Numbered from the stretch's first letter, positions 26,080 to 38,029 are shown. The stretch is 64,000 nucleotides of DNA from Eledone cirrhosa (GCA_964016885.1 OZ024762.1:11532001-11596000), one strand, 5' to 3'. Program-made: numbers and translations. Notes: generated by a model from the letters alone, not told the origin.

Positions 26080-27126
26080 GTGAGTAGTTTTCTTTATAAT
26101 TTCAAACCCTTTAGTATTCCCATGGCTATATATACTTTGTATTTTTGTGGTGAAGGCTTTATCTCACATTTCGAAGTTACAAGATTTTGATGTTATCTAT
26201 TTTGAGAATAATACCTTAACATTGGTATAAGCAGCCTGTTACAGCTGCATTGAACAAAGATGTCAGAGTTCTAGCCAGATACTGCTGGTACTAACTTGGT
26301 CTGTGATGAACCGATTCAACCCTTGGTAGTAGAGAAAGCAGATATTAAATGATTATGATATACCATATTTCCTGGCATCAAAGGCGCTTTTTTTTTCTTT
26401 TTCTCTCCCTCCTAAAGTAAATTTTGAAAATCTACCATGTGTTCTGGAGGCTGAATGTTGTTTCTCGTAGGCATATCCTAACCCTAGAGGAAAATATCTG
26501 AATTCTTGTATATGACCTCTCAATGGAGTGTATAAATTATACTTTATTAAAGTAGTAAATAAACAGTATAAAAAATTAAGTAACAAGTCCTGAAGTGCCG
26601 GGACCTTATTTTTATTATTCCAACTAGCAAAGGCTAAGCAAACGCCAGCCTAACGATCATCTACACCGGACTTTCTTTGATATAACCCTGATGAAAGACA
26701 ATGTTTGAAATATAGGTACAATAAATTGAAAGGTTACCTCATCTCTTGTCCCTCTTGTTTTTATTCACCACATAACACAGAATTACTTGTCTCCTCTCAA
26801 TCTCGTTACTGGATATTTTCGCTGCAACCATCTTGTGGTGGCTTTCAAACCTCACAATTTTATTATTGTATTTTTTAAAGTTTTGGTTGTCATAATTGGG
26901 GTGCATCATTGAGGGCGAAACGTCTTTGATAGAAAATAAGGTATATATGACAAATATCATCCAGTTTCCATCTACCAAAAGCACCTACAAGGAATTGGTT
27001 GTCTCGCAGCTAATAGAAAAAACACTTAACCATGTTTCTGTGTTGGGGAGAAGAACCGGAAACTTAATGCTGTGTTTATTCTGTACAGTTGGTGTGTGTG
27101 TTTTTAAAATGAATATTCTGTCTTAG

Positions 27127-27290
27127 GTTGTTACTTTGTGGTACCGGGCTCCTGAAATCCTTCTTGGTTACCAACGCTACTCAACAGCACTAGATATTTG
27201 GAGTATTGGCTGTATATTTGCTGAGATGGTGACAAAACGACCCCTTTTTAATGGGGACTCTGAAATTGATCAGCTCTTCAGAATATTTAG
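27127..27290 (+). CDS. CDK1: CDK1 exon
   Basis: [54 protein letters not shown]. Confidence 0.96.
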
Positions 27291-28597
27291 GTAACATTTC
27301 CGTATTATTCTTTTTTCTCTTTATCATACTTCTAATGACAAACCCTCCAGGGGTTTTTTGTCGTCCATATTTCTAACGACAAACCCTCTGTGAGTTTTTC
27401 AGATACTTTTATGAATAATTTAAAAAAAAAAAAAAATTTGGATTTAGTAATATAACTAACCTTTGATATTATTGACCCTTTAGCATTTAAACCGGTCGTA
27501 TCAAACCTACTGTAACTGGCCATTCATACTGATATTAAGGTATTGTTCTCAAAATAAATAACAAAATCTCGTAAATTCGATATGTGAAATAGTGTTTATT
27601 CTCAAAATATAATAGTAAATATAGAATAATTTAAATGCTAAAGGGAACGTAACTTAACAAAGGTTCTTACATTAAATAGAACAGCTGTGCTAGTTCTATT
27701 GTGTTGGACCTCCATTGGTTCTGACACCGAGTGTTCCAATTGTTTGAACAACAGAACAGCCTGATCGTGAAATTAATGTGCAAGTGACTGAGCATTCCAC
27801 AGACATGTACAGGCTTAGCATTAGTTCTCAAGAAGATTCAGTGGGCCAAAGCTGAGCTTTTGAGTTACAGAAGGAACAGACTTTAAGCCATTTTTGGCCA
27901 GAATTCTCTCACCTCTTTCTGTTCAAACTGGCCATAACCAGCTGCTCATACATATGAGATAATTATGAGGTAAAGCCTTTACCATGAAAATATAATAGTA
28001 AATATAGAGTAATGTAAATGCTAAAGAGTTAAGTGGGCTGGAACAACATTAAATAGTCTTGCTCAAGGACTCACTGTATTGCCTGGAATTGAACTCTTGA
28101 TTCTACCATCGTAGGACCCTACCCATTAAGCTACATTCCTTCACTCTTGTTCTATTAGCCAATGATACGTGAAGTGAAAATTATACTTGGTTTATCCAGG
28201 GGAAAAAATTAAATCAGCTATATCTGGCCAGAATTCTCTCACTTTTTCTGTTCAAACCAGCCTTAACTGGCCACTCATACTGATGTTCAGGTATTGTTCT
28301 CAAAATAAATATCAAAATCTCAGTTTGATATGTGAGATAAAGCCTTGACTACGAAAATACAATAGTATATATATAGAGTAATGTAAATGTTAAATGATTG
28401 TCTAGGACAGCAGTGTCCAAAGTGGGTTCCTTGACAAAAGGTAGAGTAGTATATTTATATTATGACCATATAAGCAATATTAGACTTTGGGGAAACCCTG
28501 GTGTAGAATTATCTATACAACCCTTGCTAGCAGGGAAAGCAGGTGTTTGATGATGTTGGTGTTCATAGTTCTATTATTTGGTTTTCTCATCCCGCAG

Positions 28598-28748
28598 GAC
28601 TTTATCAACTCCAAATGAAGAGAGTTGGCCAGGAGTAACAAACTTCCCTGATTACAAAGCCTCATTCCCTCAGTGGAAAGTAAACAATTTGGAAACAACT
28701 GTAAAAACTGATGTCGCTATGGAGCCCGAGGCTCTCGATTTACTACAG
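28598..28748 (+). CDS. CDK1: CDK1 exon
   Basis: [27 protein letters not shown]...EALDLLQ. Confidence 0.94.
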
Positions 28749-29594
28749 GTTTGTATTGACTTTATTGCTCCACTTGATTTTCTTGTTGGCCTCGATCAGA
28801 TTTCCTCCCTGAAAGGGTCATAACAGCACTGCCTCATCATATACAGCAGGCATATCAAACATGCGGCACTTTACAAGCACACCTGCAGCTCATACAAAGT
28901 TTATACAGCGCGAGCATGTTTTATCTTCCCAATATGAAATAAAAAAAAATTAGTTGTAATGTGTGCAATTAGTTGTCGTGTTACCCTCAGACAACACGTG
29001 GCCCTCGGAGGACTCTCAGTTTGATATGCTTGATATTCGATATTGTATTTCTAATGAAAGATGCTACCTATGATTTGCAAATTATCTTGAAAATAATCCA
29101 GAACTTGAAAAGGTTTAGTAAAATAACTTTCTCATTATTAAACTAGTTTTTGATGCATTAACCCTTTAGCATTTAAACCAGCCATATCCGGCCGGAATTC
29201 TCTCGCATCTTTCTGTTCAAACTAGCTGTTTCCCCATTCTGAAAACTGTGATGAACAAAAGCACGAGTTCAAAATCATACTGAAAAATGTTATTTTGAAA
29301 ATAAGAAATGATTTTTGTGATGTTTTCTTTAACTTTTAATGCCCTGTACCACATAATATCAAAATCTCATATCCAGCTAGAATTCTCTCACCTCTTTCTG
29401 TTAAAACTGGCCGTAACCAGCTGTTCATACTTTTGTTAAGGTCTTTTTCTTAAAATAAATAACATCAAAATCTTGTAGATTAGATATTATGTAAGATAAA
29501 GCCTATACTACAAAAACACAATAGTAAATATAGAGTAATGTAAATGGTATCAGGTTAACTGACTTTTATTTTATTTTCATTCTTCAACTTCTCC

Positions 29595-29630
<36 letters not shown>

Positions 29631-29669
29631 TGTGTGTTTTTTCTGTAATGTTGTTTGTTCTAATTTCAG

Positions 29670-29768
29670 AAAATGTTGACCTATGACCCTCACAAGAGAA
29701 TCGCTGCCAAGAATGCAATTAACCACAGTTATTTCAATGGCTTAGAAAATATGTGTCCCATTCCCTAG
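29670..29768 (+). CDS. CDK1: CDK1 last coding exon
   Basis: KMLTYDPHKRIAAKNAINHSYFNGLENMCPIP-stop (TAG). Confidence 0.94.
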   Translation, partial: KMLTYDPHKRIAAKNAINHSYFNGLENMCPIP

Positions 29769-30027
29769 ACGGCTTCTTCCATGTTCTCATTGACAACTGA
29801 CTGACTTTGATTTGTGATACAACTGTTGTACAGATGCCAAAGAGATTGTCTGTCTGTGCTGGCAAATGTGATTGGTGTGTGTGTGTGATTGACTGTTGTC
29901 TCGTTTTCTCCTTGTGCAAATATGCTAGGTTTGGTCACTGCCCCCCCCCCCTCTCTCTCTCTCTCCATTTTCATTTCTTTGTCACAACGTGAAGCCATTT
30001 GAGCTTGTTGCTGAGGTGATAAACTTT

Positions 30028-30169
30028 AATAAACAGTTTGATATCTCTCTAATGATTAGAAAGTGCATTGTAGTTGTATAATAATGAGAAACCCACCTCC
30101 AACTTGTCTTTTGATGGCTGCAAACTTGGGATGCCCCAATAATTATGTAATACATCATTTTGGAATAAA
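30028..30169 (+). terminator. Candidate CDK1 polyadenylation signals
   Basis: AATAAA at 30028 and at 30164, 260-400 nt after the stop; the second is followed by a T-rich tract. Confidence 0.4.
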
Positions 30170-30244
30170 ATGTTTTTTTTCTATTTTTCTTTATTGTATA
30201 GTTTTCATCATCATTATTTAATGTCCACTTTCCCTGCTAGCAGG

Positions 30245-30500
30245 GGTAAGACTTTCTTCACAGATCGAGTCGGTACTAAAGCAGGTCTACAGACCTCCCA
30301 GAAAGGGAGAGGGGTAAGACAGTTCACAGACGAAGTCAGTACTAAAGCAGGTCTACAGACCTCCCAGAAAGGGAGAGGAGTAAGACAGTTCACAGACGAA
30401 GTCAGTACTAAAGCAGGTCTACAGACCTCCCAGGAAGGGAGAGCAGGTGTAAGACAGTTTTTCACAGACCGAGTCGGTACTGAAGTGGGTCTACAGAGCC
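30245..30500. repeat. 66-bp tandem repeat (about 3.7 copies)
   Basis: GCAGGTCTAC recurs at 30281, 30347 and 30413. Confidence 0.9.
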
Positions 30501-32638
30501 TTTCTTAAGTTATGTTCCAAACACCTACTTAATAATAAGTGAATTAGTTATTTTACTATATCTCCAAACTTTTTATTTTCAAAATACAATTACAGAATTT
30601 ATTAACCCATTAGCATTTACATTATTCTATATTTACTATTGTATTTTCATAGTAAACATTTTATTTCACATAATATCGACTACAAAGTTTTGATATTATT
30701 TATTTTGAGAAACATACCTTAACATACATATGAGCAACTGCTTTGAACAAAAAGAGGTGAGAGAATGGCCAGTTGAAATGCTAAAGGGTTAAACAAGTAA
30801 CCCTTTAGCATTTACATTTCTCTATATAGTCGATTATATTTTTATGGTAAAGGCTTTACCTCACATAATATTGAATCTATAAGATTTTGATATATATTTT
30901 AAGAACAATACCGTAACAAGTATGGTTGGTTACAACCCTATTTTGAGAGAGAGACCTGTCTAAATGCAAATTGTAAATAATGCATAATAAATAAAATCGT
31001 TAATTTATATATACTATGTATCAATAAATATATTTTATTTTACCATATTTATATATATATACATTATGTATGTATCATCTGATAGAACCTCTGTTTTAAA
31101 CCTTTAGCATTTATATTAACATCAGTATGAGTAGCAAGTTAGACGGGTTTGAACAGAAAGAGGTGAGAGACTTTTGGCTGAATACATCCAGTTTAAATGC
31201 TAAAGGGTTAAACCTGGTGGAAGAATGCATTTTCTATCCAGGTCTGAACACAGCTGATTCTCTTCCAGAAAAAGATAGAAGTGAGGAAAAATCTACCCCA
31301 TTATTGAACTGGTGAGACAAGACAAGCGTATCTGAATCTACTGAACAGGTTTGTGTCTGACTAGAAAAGATTTCAGTGGAAATAGCCAGGTAAAAGCTAG
31401 AGAATGTATGGGAGGCTCCCAGCACCTTGCAAATAACTTGCATTAAGTATGTAAATGTAGGCTTACATTTAGAACAGTGTTGAGATTACAGAATTAATCC
31501 ATATTGAAATGGGTGACCATTATCACTAATAAGTATTTTTTTATGCTTACATGTGTTAGATATGTCACATTATCAGACACAGCCAGATCAGGTGACATCT
31601 TGCTCATACTGATTTGGGTTTGTTTGGTTTGGTTTCTATGGCTGGATACCAATCACAACATATTGGGTGCTTTTCATTGTGTCAGTTGGAAGGAAGGAGA
31701 GTAGTTTGGTAATTTCTTTATCAACCCTGAAAGGATGAAAAACTAAGTGGACATTGGCATGATTTTGAACTCTGAATAAATATTCAATGCTCTGCCAATT
31801 TGACAAGCTTTTAACCCTTTCATGACTGCATTTCTAATGAAATACACTCCATTTTAATTAATAAATTTTGAGGGATTTACTAAAATTATTAATTCATTCA
31901 TTACTAAGATAGTAACTTAATGTAAGGTTCTTATATAAAATTATGTTGGAGTGTTTTACTAAAATTATTAATTATTTCATTACTAAGATAGTAACTTAAT
32001 GTAGAGGTTCGTATATAAAATTATGTTGGAAGATTTGAATTTAAAATGGATGGTTTTATTTCATAGAACCAGAGGCAGGTTGGTAACTAAAGGGTTAAAG
32101 CTGGTGCCCAATGGAAAAGTTGTAAAAACTGATAGTAATATTATTGCCAAAGATGAGGTAATTTTGAAGCCCCTTCTCACAGTAGATCTTGGAAGGACTG
32201 GAGACCAAGGGCAAAGCCCTTTCCACATAGTAGTTCTTACATTGTTCCTATCCCCAGAAGGCCATAGACATATCCCCTTCACACAGAAGGATCTTATTAT
32301 CTTAGTCTCTCAAAGATTTTGCAGTGTGTAAAGGATATGCATGACCTGCACAGAATGTAAGATCTATTCTTTGGAAGTGCCATGCCTATGTCCTTCACAG
32401 ACTGTAAAATCCTTCTGGGGGGAAAGGCCTTCTCAGAAAAGGAGGAAATGAAATTTACAGTTCACATCTCTGCAGGTTTAGCTGCTCTTCTATTCTGAAA
32501 AGCAACGTGTAAAATAAAGCCTCATACTCCAGAACAAAATACATCCACCACGTCCAAGAATCGAATCCACTACCTTAAGATCTTTTCCTCCAACACTCTA
32601 ACCACAAAGTTACACTTCCTATGAACATATGTTTGTGC

Positions 32639-32806
32639 CAGACCTGCCAACTTCTAAAATCCCAAACGGGGACACCATGAAAAAAAGTGCCTCAAAACGG
32701 TGAGAAATTAGGCAAAATTGGGAGATGTTACATAATGAAAGATATACCCATTTTCACAAAGTGGGCAGGAGATCTCCCCGTCCGATGGGGAGAGTAGACA
32801 GGTCTG
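32639..32806 (+). mobile_element. MITE (6-bp TSD family)
   Basis: Perfect TTGTGC duplication on both sides. Confidence 0.85.
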
Positions 32807-33179
32807 TTGTGCTACTGTATAATCGTGTTTGTAAAGTCTTGGCTATTATGTGGGTAATAAATTTATGATTAAGAAGTTCTTTCGCAATCATAAGCTCCCG
32901 GGTTCGATCCCGCGGCGTGACATCTTTTTTCTAAAAGCCTCGGATAGATCCAAGCTTCGTAAACTTCGAAAACTTTTAGGTGGCTTTAATGGATTATATG
33001 TTATCTATAGTGTTATAACGATTACATATTTTGTATCAGCATTTGGATTTATTGTAGTATTGTTACGTTTGTTCTTTTAAAATATATAAAATTTTATTGT
33101 AAGTTGGAAAAAAAATAATGATAATTTTTCACTGTAAATATATATTTATGTTTAGTATTTCGTTTCGTCATTTTTAATA

Positions 33180-33287
33180 AACCCCGTCGTTCGTTTCGCT
33201 GCATTTTATCATAGCAGCCATTCCGTACAGAACATTTTATGGAAGCGGGAAATTTGATAACATTTTAAGTCATGATTTGATGTAAGT
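33180..33287 (+). promoter_or_regulatory. Putative FIRRM promoter / non-coding exon 1 with an E2F site
   Basis: CpG-retaining patch. GCGGGAAA (33245-33252) is directly followed by TTTGAT, and there is a consensus donor GTAAGT at 33282. The ATG exon has an upstream acceptor at 34512-34513. Confidence 0.45.
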
Positions 33288-33607
33288 TTTTTAAATATAT
33301 ATATATATATATACTTGTTTCAATGGTACATATGTAGAGGTTTGGAAATGTTTAGTTATATATGAATTATTAACAATTTAGGCAGATACTTTCTCTCTAT
33401 CTAAATATAATGTTGACAATCGGAAATGTGAAACCTTCAAATTATAAATACATACATCTTACGACTCAACATAAATATCCCCGTAAATAAACTGAGTCAT
33501 AAGTGCTCATCTTTCTTGTGTCTCGACAATGAAATATTATTAGACTTAATCTGTCTCCTAGTTTAACATCACCACCCGGTCCTGTGTGCCGTCTATCCAC
33601 CCTCTTA

Positions 33608-33782
33608 CAGACCTATCAACTTTCCCCGTCCGACGGGATCTCCCACCCACTTTAGGGGTTGGTGAGAGATGTCTTCTCTTGTGAAAATAAGTATAGCTTT
33701 CATTATGTAAAATCTCCCCGTTTGGGGGCACTTTTTTTCATGGTACTCACCGTTTGGTTTTTTTTAGAGGTTGCCAGGTCTG
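33608..33782 (-). mobile_element. MITE (6-bp TSD family), inverted
   Basis: Reverse-complement similarity to 32639-32806. Confidence 0.8.
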
Positions 33783-33894
33783 CTGTTGTAAACATTGTAA
33801 AAGTCTCTGGCTTAAGTGTACTTTCTTTCCTGTCCCCTCTATCCCACCGTTTTCTGGGGCCTTGAAAACAGTAATGGGGTATTCTTTCGTTTTA

Positions 33895-34290
33895 AGCAGA
33901 CGGCTTTACTGCAGATAAGCATGTGGTTAAAATGTCTCAGGAAAGAATCATTGGACAGATTTGAAGCTCGGAGATCAGAGAGTCATTCTAGGTAGAGTTG
34001 CTACTTCTTCGAATCGAGAGATCACAGCTCCGATACTACAGGCCTGTGGTTAGAATATCTCGGGAAAGAATCGCTGGACAGATTTTACGGACAAAACCAA
34101 CCGGCAAGAGATCCAGAGGTAGACCCCGAGCAAGATGATTGGGTAACATCCATGAACTTGGCTGGTCTCGCTTGGGTATCCAGCCAGATCACCTTGGAGA
34201 CAGTTGCTTCTGAGAGGACTCGCTAGAAGGAGTGTTTGAGGACTCTGCCCTCACGACCCTTTCAGGAATAAGTGGGCAAAGAAGAACAGC
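33895..34290 (+). mobile_element. RTE-like LINE 3' fragment
   Basis: RIERSQLRYY..VVR..RERI...KPTGKRSRGRPR. Confidence 0.7.
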
Positions 34291-34527
34291 AAAATATATT
34301 TTAAAATATATAAAGAAATATTTAGAAAAAAAAAAAAAAAAAATGTCCTTGATTCTATACTAGATGTTTGTGTTAAGTAAGGGACCTAGGTATGGGTGAA
34401 GAAGAAGAAGACGAACTGGAGCTAAGAGGAGGAATAGTAAAGACAAACCAGTTTTATTGTTTGGGAATTGAGCCAGATTGTATTTTAATGTTGTGGATTC
34501 TATTTAATTTCAGATTAAGAAATAATC

Positions 34528-34617
34528 ATGTCAGAGATATTATTTGTTGAAGATGTTCGAAGTTGGGAGTCAACAAAATGTCGGAAAGAACTTGACCAGG
34601 CTCTTCCAAAGCTGATT
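34528..34617 (+). CDS. FIRRM: FIRRM coding exon 1
   Basis: MSEILFVEDVRSWESTKCRKELDQALPKLI; followed by the U12-type donor GTATCCTTT. Confidence 0.85.
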
Positions 34618-35031
34618 GTATCCTTTAAATGTAACCAATTGGCTATTGTGAAGGCACATGGCTTAGTGGTTAAGGTGCTCAACTCTTGATTATCAGGCCA
34701 TGGGTTCAATTCCTGAGAATCCTTATGACATGTAACACTGGTACCAAGCTGTATCAGCCATTGCCTTTCCTTTGGATAACATCTGTGGTGAAGAGAGGGG
34801 AGACTGGTATCCATGGGTGACTGCTGGTCTTCTACAAACAACCTTGCCCAGGCTTGTGCCTTGCAGGGGAACTTTCTAGGTGCAAATCCCATGGTCATTA
34901 GTGACCCAAGGAGGTCATATTCATTTTTAAATAATTGTCTTTTATAAGTATAAAAAAATCTAGAACATAATCAATATGACAGTTGTTGTAAACAATTTTT
35001 TTTGGGAAGTGTTTTTCTTAATTTACATCAG
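34618..35031 (+). other. U12-type (minor spliceosome) GT-AG intron
   Basis: 5' splice site GTATCCTTT; branch-site-like TTTTCTTAAT at 35013-35022, about 10 nt before the AG; the reading frame is preserved with this acceptor. Confidence 0.85.
34648..34915 (+). mobile_element. tRNA-derived SINE (family B, CORE-like) inside the U12 intron
   Basis: A-box TGGCTTAGTGG and B-box GGTTCAATTCC. Family copies carrying GTGTCTTGCTCAAGG are at about 21790-21915, 43835-44036, 48300-48515 and 61790-62143. Confidence 0.7.
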
Positions 35032-35071
35032 TCCTATTTTTCCAGTGATCTCAATGTTGACAATAAAGTTG
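35032..35071 (+). CDS. FIRRM: FIRRM coding exon 2 (40 nt)
   Basis: SYFSSDLNVDNKV; donor G/GTAAGT; bridges phase 0 to phase 1. Confidence 0.78.
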
Positions 35072-35501
35072 GTAAGTAAACAACTGCTATTTGTTACCAC
35101 ATCAAGACAGATTATCCTGATTTCATTAATTTTAATTATTATTAAACGTAGTTGGTGTTAGAAAGGGCATCCAGCTGTAAAAATCCCAGCTAAAATACAG
35201 TCCTGTCTGAGCAAGGTATGGTGCAACCCTAGACTTGTATCATGACATGGGAAACCTGTCTAACCCATGCAATCACTGGATGTTCTTCCTTGATGCCAAC
35301 TATTGTGCACAGTGTACTGGGTGCATTTTATCCAAGAACCAACCTGTTGACTTCTTTTTTATACAAAACCACCTGAAACCATGCCAGGTTCTACAATACA
35401 AAACTGTTTATTTTCAAGAGTTTATACTCGTCTTAAAACCTTTCATCATGATCTTATGTAAGAACCTTTGTTATATCCCATCCATCAGCTTTAGAAGGAT
35501 A

Positions 35502-35696
35502 CAGACCTGTCAACTCTCCCCGTCATACAGGGAGATCTTTCACCCACTTTGGAGTGGGTGAAAGATGTCTTCTCTTGTGAAAATGGGTATATCTTTCATT
35601 ACATAAAATCTCCCCATTTTGCCTCATTTCTCCCCGTTTTGGGGCACTGTTTTTCATGGCACTCCCCATTTGGGTTTTTAGAGATTGGCAGGTCTG
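35502..35696 (-). mobile_element. MITE (6-bp TSD family), nested in a TTAA-MITE remnant
   Basis: CAGACCTG...CAGGTCTG, flanks AGGATA/ATGATA. Confidence 0.8.
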
Positions 35697-35883
35697 ATGA
35701 TAATTCCCTCCAAATTCTTGATTATTTTCAAAATTATTTGAAAATCATAGGCAGTGGCTTTCATTAGAAATAGAGCAATGAAAAGGTTAAGAATAAAATT
35801 TGTTTGAGATTTATTTTCAAAGTATCTATCTATCATCTCCTATAGTTATTTGGTTTATTTGATTCTCTTCTCTTCTCTTTTAG

Positions 35884-35972
35884 ATGTTTTGAATGTTATC
35901 TGTATGTCATTCTTGCCTCATTTGGATGTCACTGCCATCGAAGCAAGACTCTTTTGTAACATTGGTGCCAAG
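35884..35972 (+). CDS. FIRRM: FIRRM exon 3
   Basis: VLNVICMSFLPHLDVTAIEARLFCNIGAK. Confidence 0.85.
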
Positions 35973-36337
35973 GTCAGTAGCACTTCACCTAGCTACTCTC
36001 TCCAACAACCTGGTGAGAAGCTGTTAAACTTTCATCCTTTTGATTTGAGGTCGATAAAAAAAGTACCAGTCTAGTACTGGGGTTGATTCTTCCTCTAAAT
36101 CTCTTTTTCATTTCCTCTCTCATTTTCTATCCTTCTCTGGGAGAAATCTGCTGTACTCAGGCCTGATAAGAGTCATAGGGGCTCCATATTGACACTGTAT
36201 GTCAATATGGCGGCCCTATCACTCTTATCAGGAGTTACTGGACAAACGAAGGCATAAAAAAACGAATGAAGACTCCATTAGGAGTTACAGGTCCATACAT
36301 ACAATAGATATCTCATGTTTTTGTTTTGTTTTTTCAG

Positions 36338-36445
36338 ATAAATGATTTGTTGTCAGTAATACTAGAAAATGTTAAGCAAATTCTTCTTCAAGAGGATAAA
36401 GAAAAGACATACAAATGCCATCAAGAAATTGCTTCTCTATTGAAG
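36338..36445 (+). CDS. FIRRM: FIRRM exon 4
   Basis: INDLLSVILENVKQILLQEDKEKTYKCHQEIASLLK; canonical sites. Confidence 0.8.
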
Positions 36446-36793
36446 GTAAATTCTCCAAATAACTGTCTCATCTTGCTTTTGCTCTTTAGTAGACTGTGGC
36501 CATTCTGGAGGGAACACACGTTAGACTGGGGGCATTCTGGGGGGGAAATTAAACCGTAGGAGAATTTTTTCCAAGCTTGCATGGGTTCGAGAGTTCTTTT
36601 CCAGCACAGTATCCTTCCATTTGTTGCAGTTCTTCTTCTATGAGATTTCAGTGGTTTGAGATCAGCTCTCACAACCTCTGTCTAGCTCTTTCTTGGCCTC
36701 CTTCAATCTTATAGTCTATGCTGAAGTTTAAAAAAAATAATCATCAATATCATGTAGTGCATCTGATTTCATTTTCATTATATGTTTTTACAG

Positions 36794-36934
36794 CTTACCA
36801 TAAACATTGTGGGTTGTAGTGAGAATTGTATGAGATATGTGTGTGGAGCTGGTGAACTTGTGGAGATGGAAAACATCCATTCTTTGCTGTCCTCTGTTGT
36901 CAAGCTTCTAACGCAGTCATATGTACATTGTAAG
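36794..36934 (+). CDS. FIRRM: FIRRM exon 5
   Basis: LTINIVGCSENCMRYVC...ENIHSLLSSVVKLLTQSYVHCK. Confidence 0.88.
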
Positions 36935-37243
36935 GTATGTGTTTAAACCTTTTTTGATATCACAAACCACCTGAAACCACTCTTTGTCTATGATACAAAG
37001 CTGTTTATTTTTCAATATATATATTTATCTAAAACCTTCCATCATAATTTTATGTTAGAACCTTTGTTAAGTTATGTTCCAAACTACCCGAAACCTCCCA
37101 TGTTTCTAAGATACAAAGCTGTTTATTTTAAAGTGTTTATATTTATCTAAAACCTTGTAAGAACCTTTGTTAAAGGGAAGTCAGGAATATAGGATGTTAA
37201 CTCTGTTTCTTTTATTAAAATATTCCCTACCATTATTTTCCAG

Positions 37244-37330
37244 GAGAGCCCCCTAATTTATGGTGATTTGTTGCCAATTTTATCTGATGTTTTGTCTGCT
37301 CTTTTCAAAAAGACTCACCAACTACAAATG
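37244..37330 (+). CDS. FIRRM: FIRRM exon 6
   Basis: ESPLIYGDLLPILSDVLSALFKKTHQLQM. Confidence 0.88.
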
Positions 37331-37710
37331 GTAACTATTATTTTACTACTAGGGCGGTGTATTGGCAGTATCGGTAGAGAGTTGGCTTTGCAGCATAAAG
37401 TTATGACCCTTTAGGCTCTGAGTTCAAATCCCACCGAGGTTAACTTTGCATTTCATCCTTACGGGGTCGATAAAATAAAGTACCGGTAATACACTGGGAT
37501 AATTGCTGGCCTTGTGCCTAAAGTAGAAACAATTATTTTACTGCTACTAAATTTGGTCAATTTAGTTGTGTTTAGTTTAGCTTTTATTATCAGATATCAA
37601 CCAGAAAGACTTGGATATGCGATAAACATAATATGTACATAAATTGTAGCGCATATACAAATAGATGTGTGTTTTGGCTGTTTCTATCTATCTAAAAGCC
37701 TTCCATCATA

Positions 37711-38005
37711 ATGAAAGGGTTAAACTAGGCAGTGTCTTTCATTAGAAATATGGTAATGAAAGGGTTAATGACATAGACAGTGTCTTTCATTAGAAATATG
37801 GTAATGAAAGGGTTAATGACATAGACAGTGTCTTTCATTAGAAATATGGTAATGAAAGGGTTAATGACATAGACAGTGTCTTTCATTAGAAATATGGAAA
37901 TGAAAGGGTTAAACATAGGCAGTGTCTTTCATTAGAAATATGGTAATGAAAGGGTTAAACATAGGCTGTATCTTCCATTAGAAAATATGGTAATGAAGGG
38001 TTAAA
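37711..38005 (-). repeat. 48-bp minisatellite (about 6 copies)
   Basis: Gives the INPFITIFLMKDTVYV pseudo-period. Confidence 0.9.
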
Positions 38006-38029
38006 CCTTATCTTGTTTTATCTTTACAG

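Larger units (their letters stand above)
23349..29768 (+). other. CDK1: Gene model: cyclin-dependent kinase 1, 7 coding exons, 915 nt / 304 aa
   Basis: Contains [46 protein letters not shown] and GDSEIDQLF. The N-terminal MDDYLKIEKIGEG and [11 protein letters not shown] segments are CDK1-like rather than CDK2-like. Confidence 0.95.

Noticed and set aside
23349-29768. CDK2/CDK3 or a pseudogene as alternative calls
   Set aside because: The exon sizes and diagnostic segments fit CDK1, and the frame, splice sites and catalytic motifs are intact.
30800-32640. Possible additional gene between CDK1 and FIRRM
   Set aside because: Only short ORFs overlapping MITE and SINE pieces; I could not build a spliced model or recognise a protein.
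32845-32925. tRNA-like sequence with GGTTCGATCCC
   Set aside because: No complete cloverleaf; like the other B-box hits it looks like a decayed SINE head, so no tRNA gene is called.
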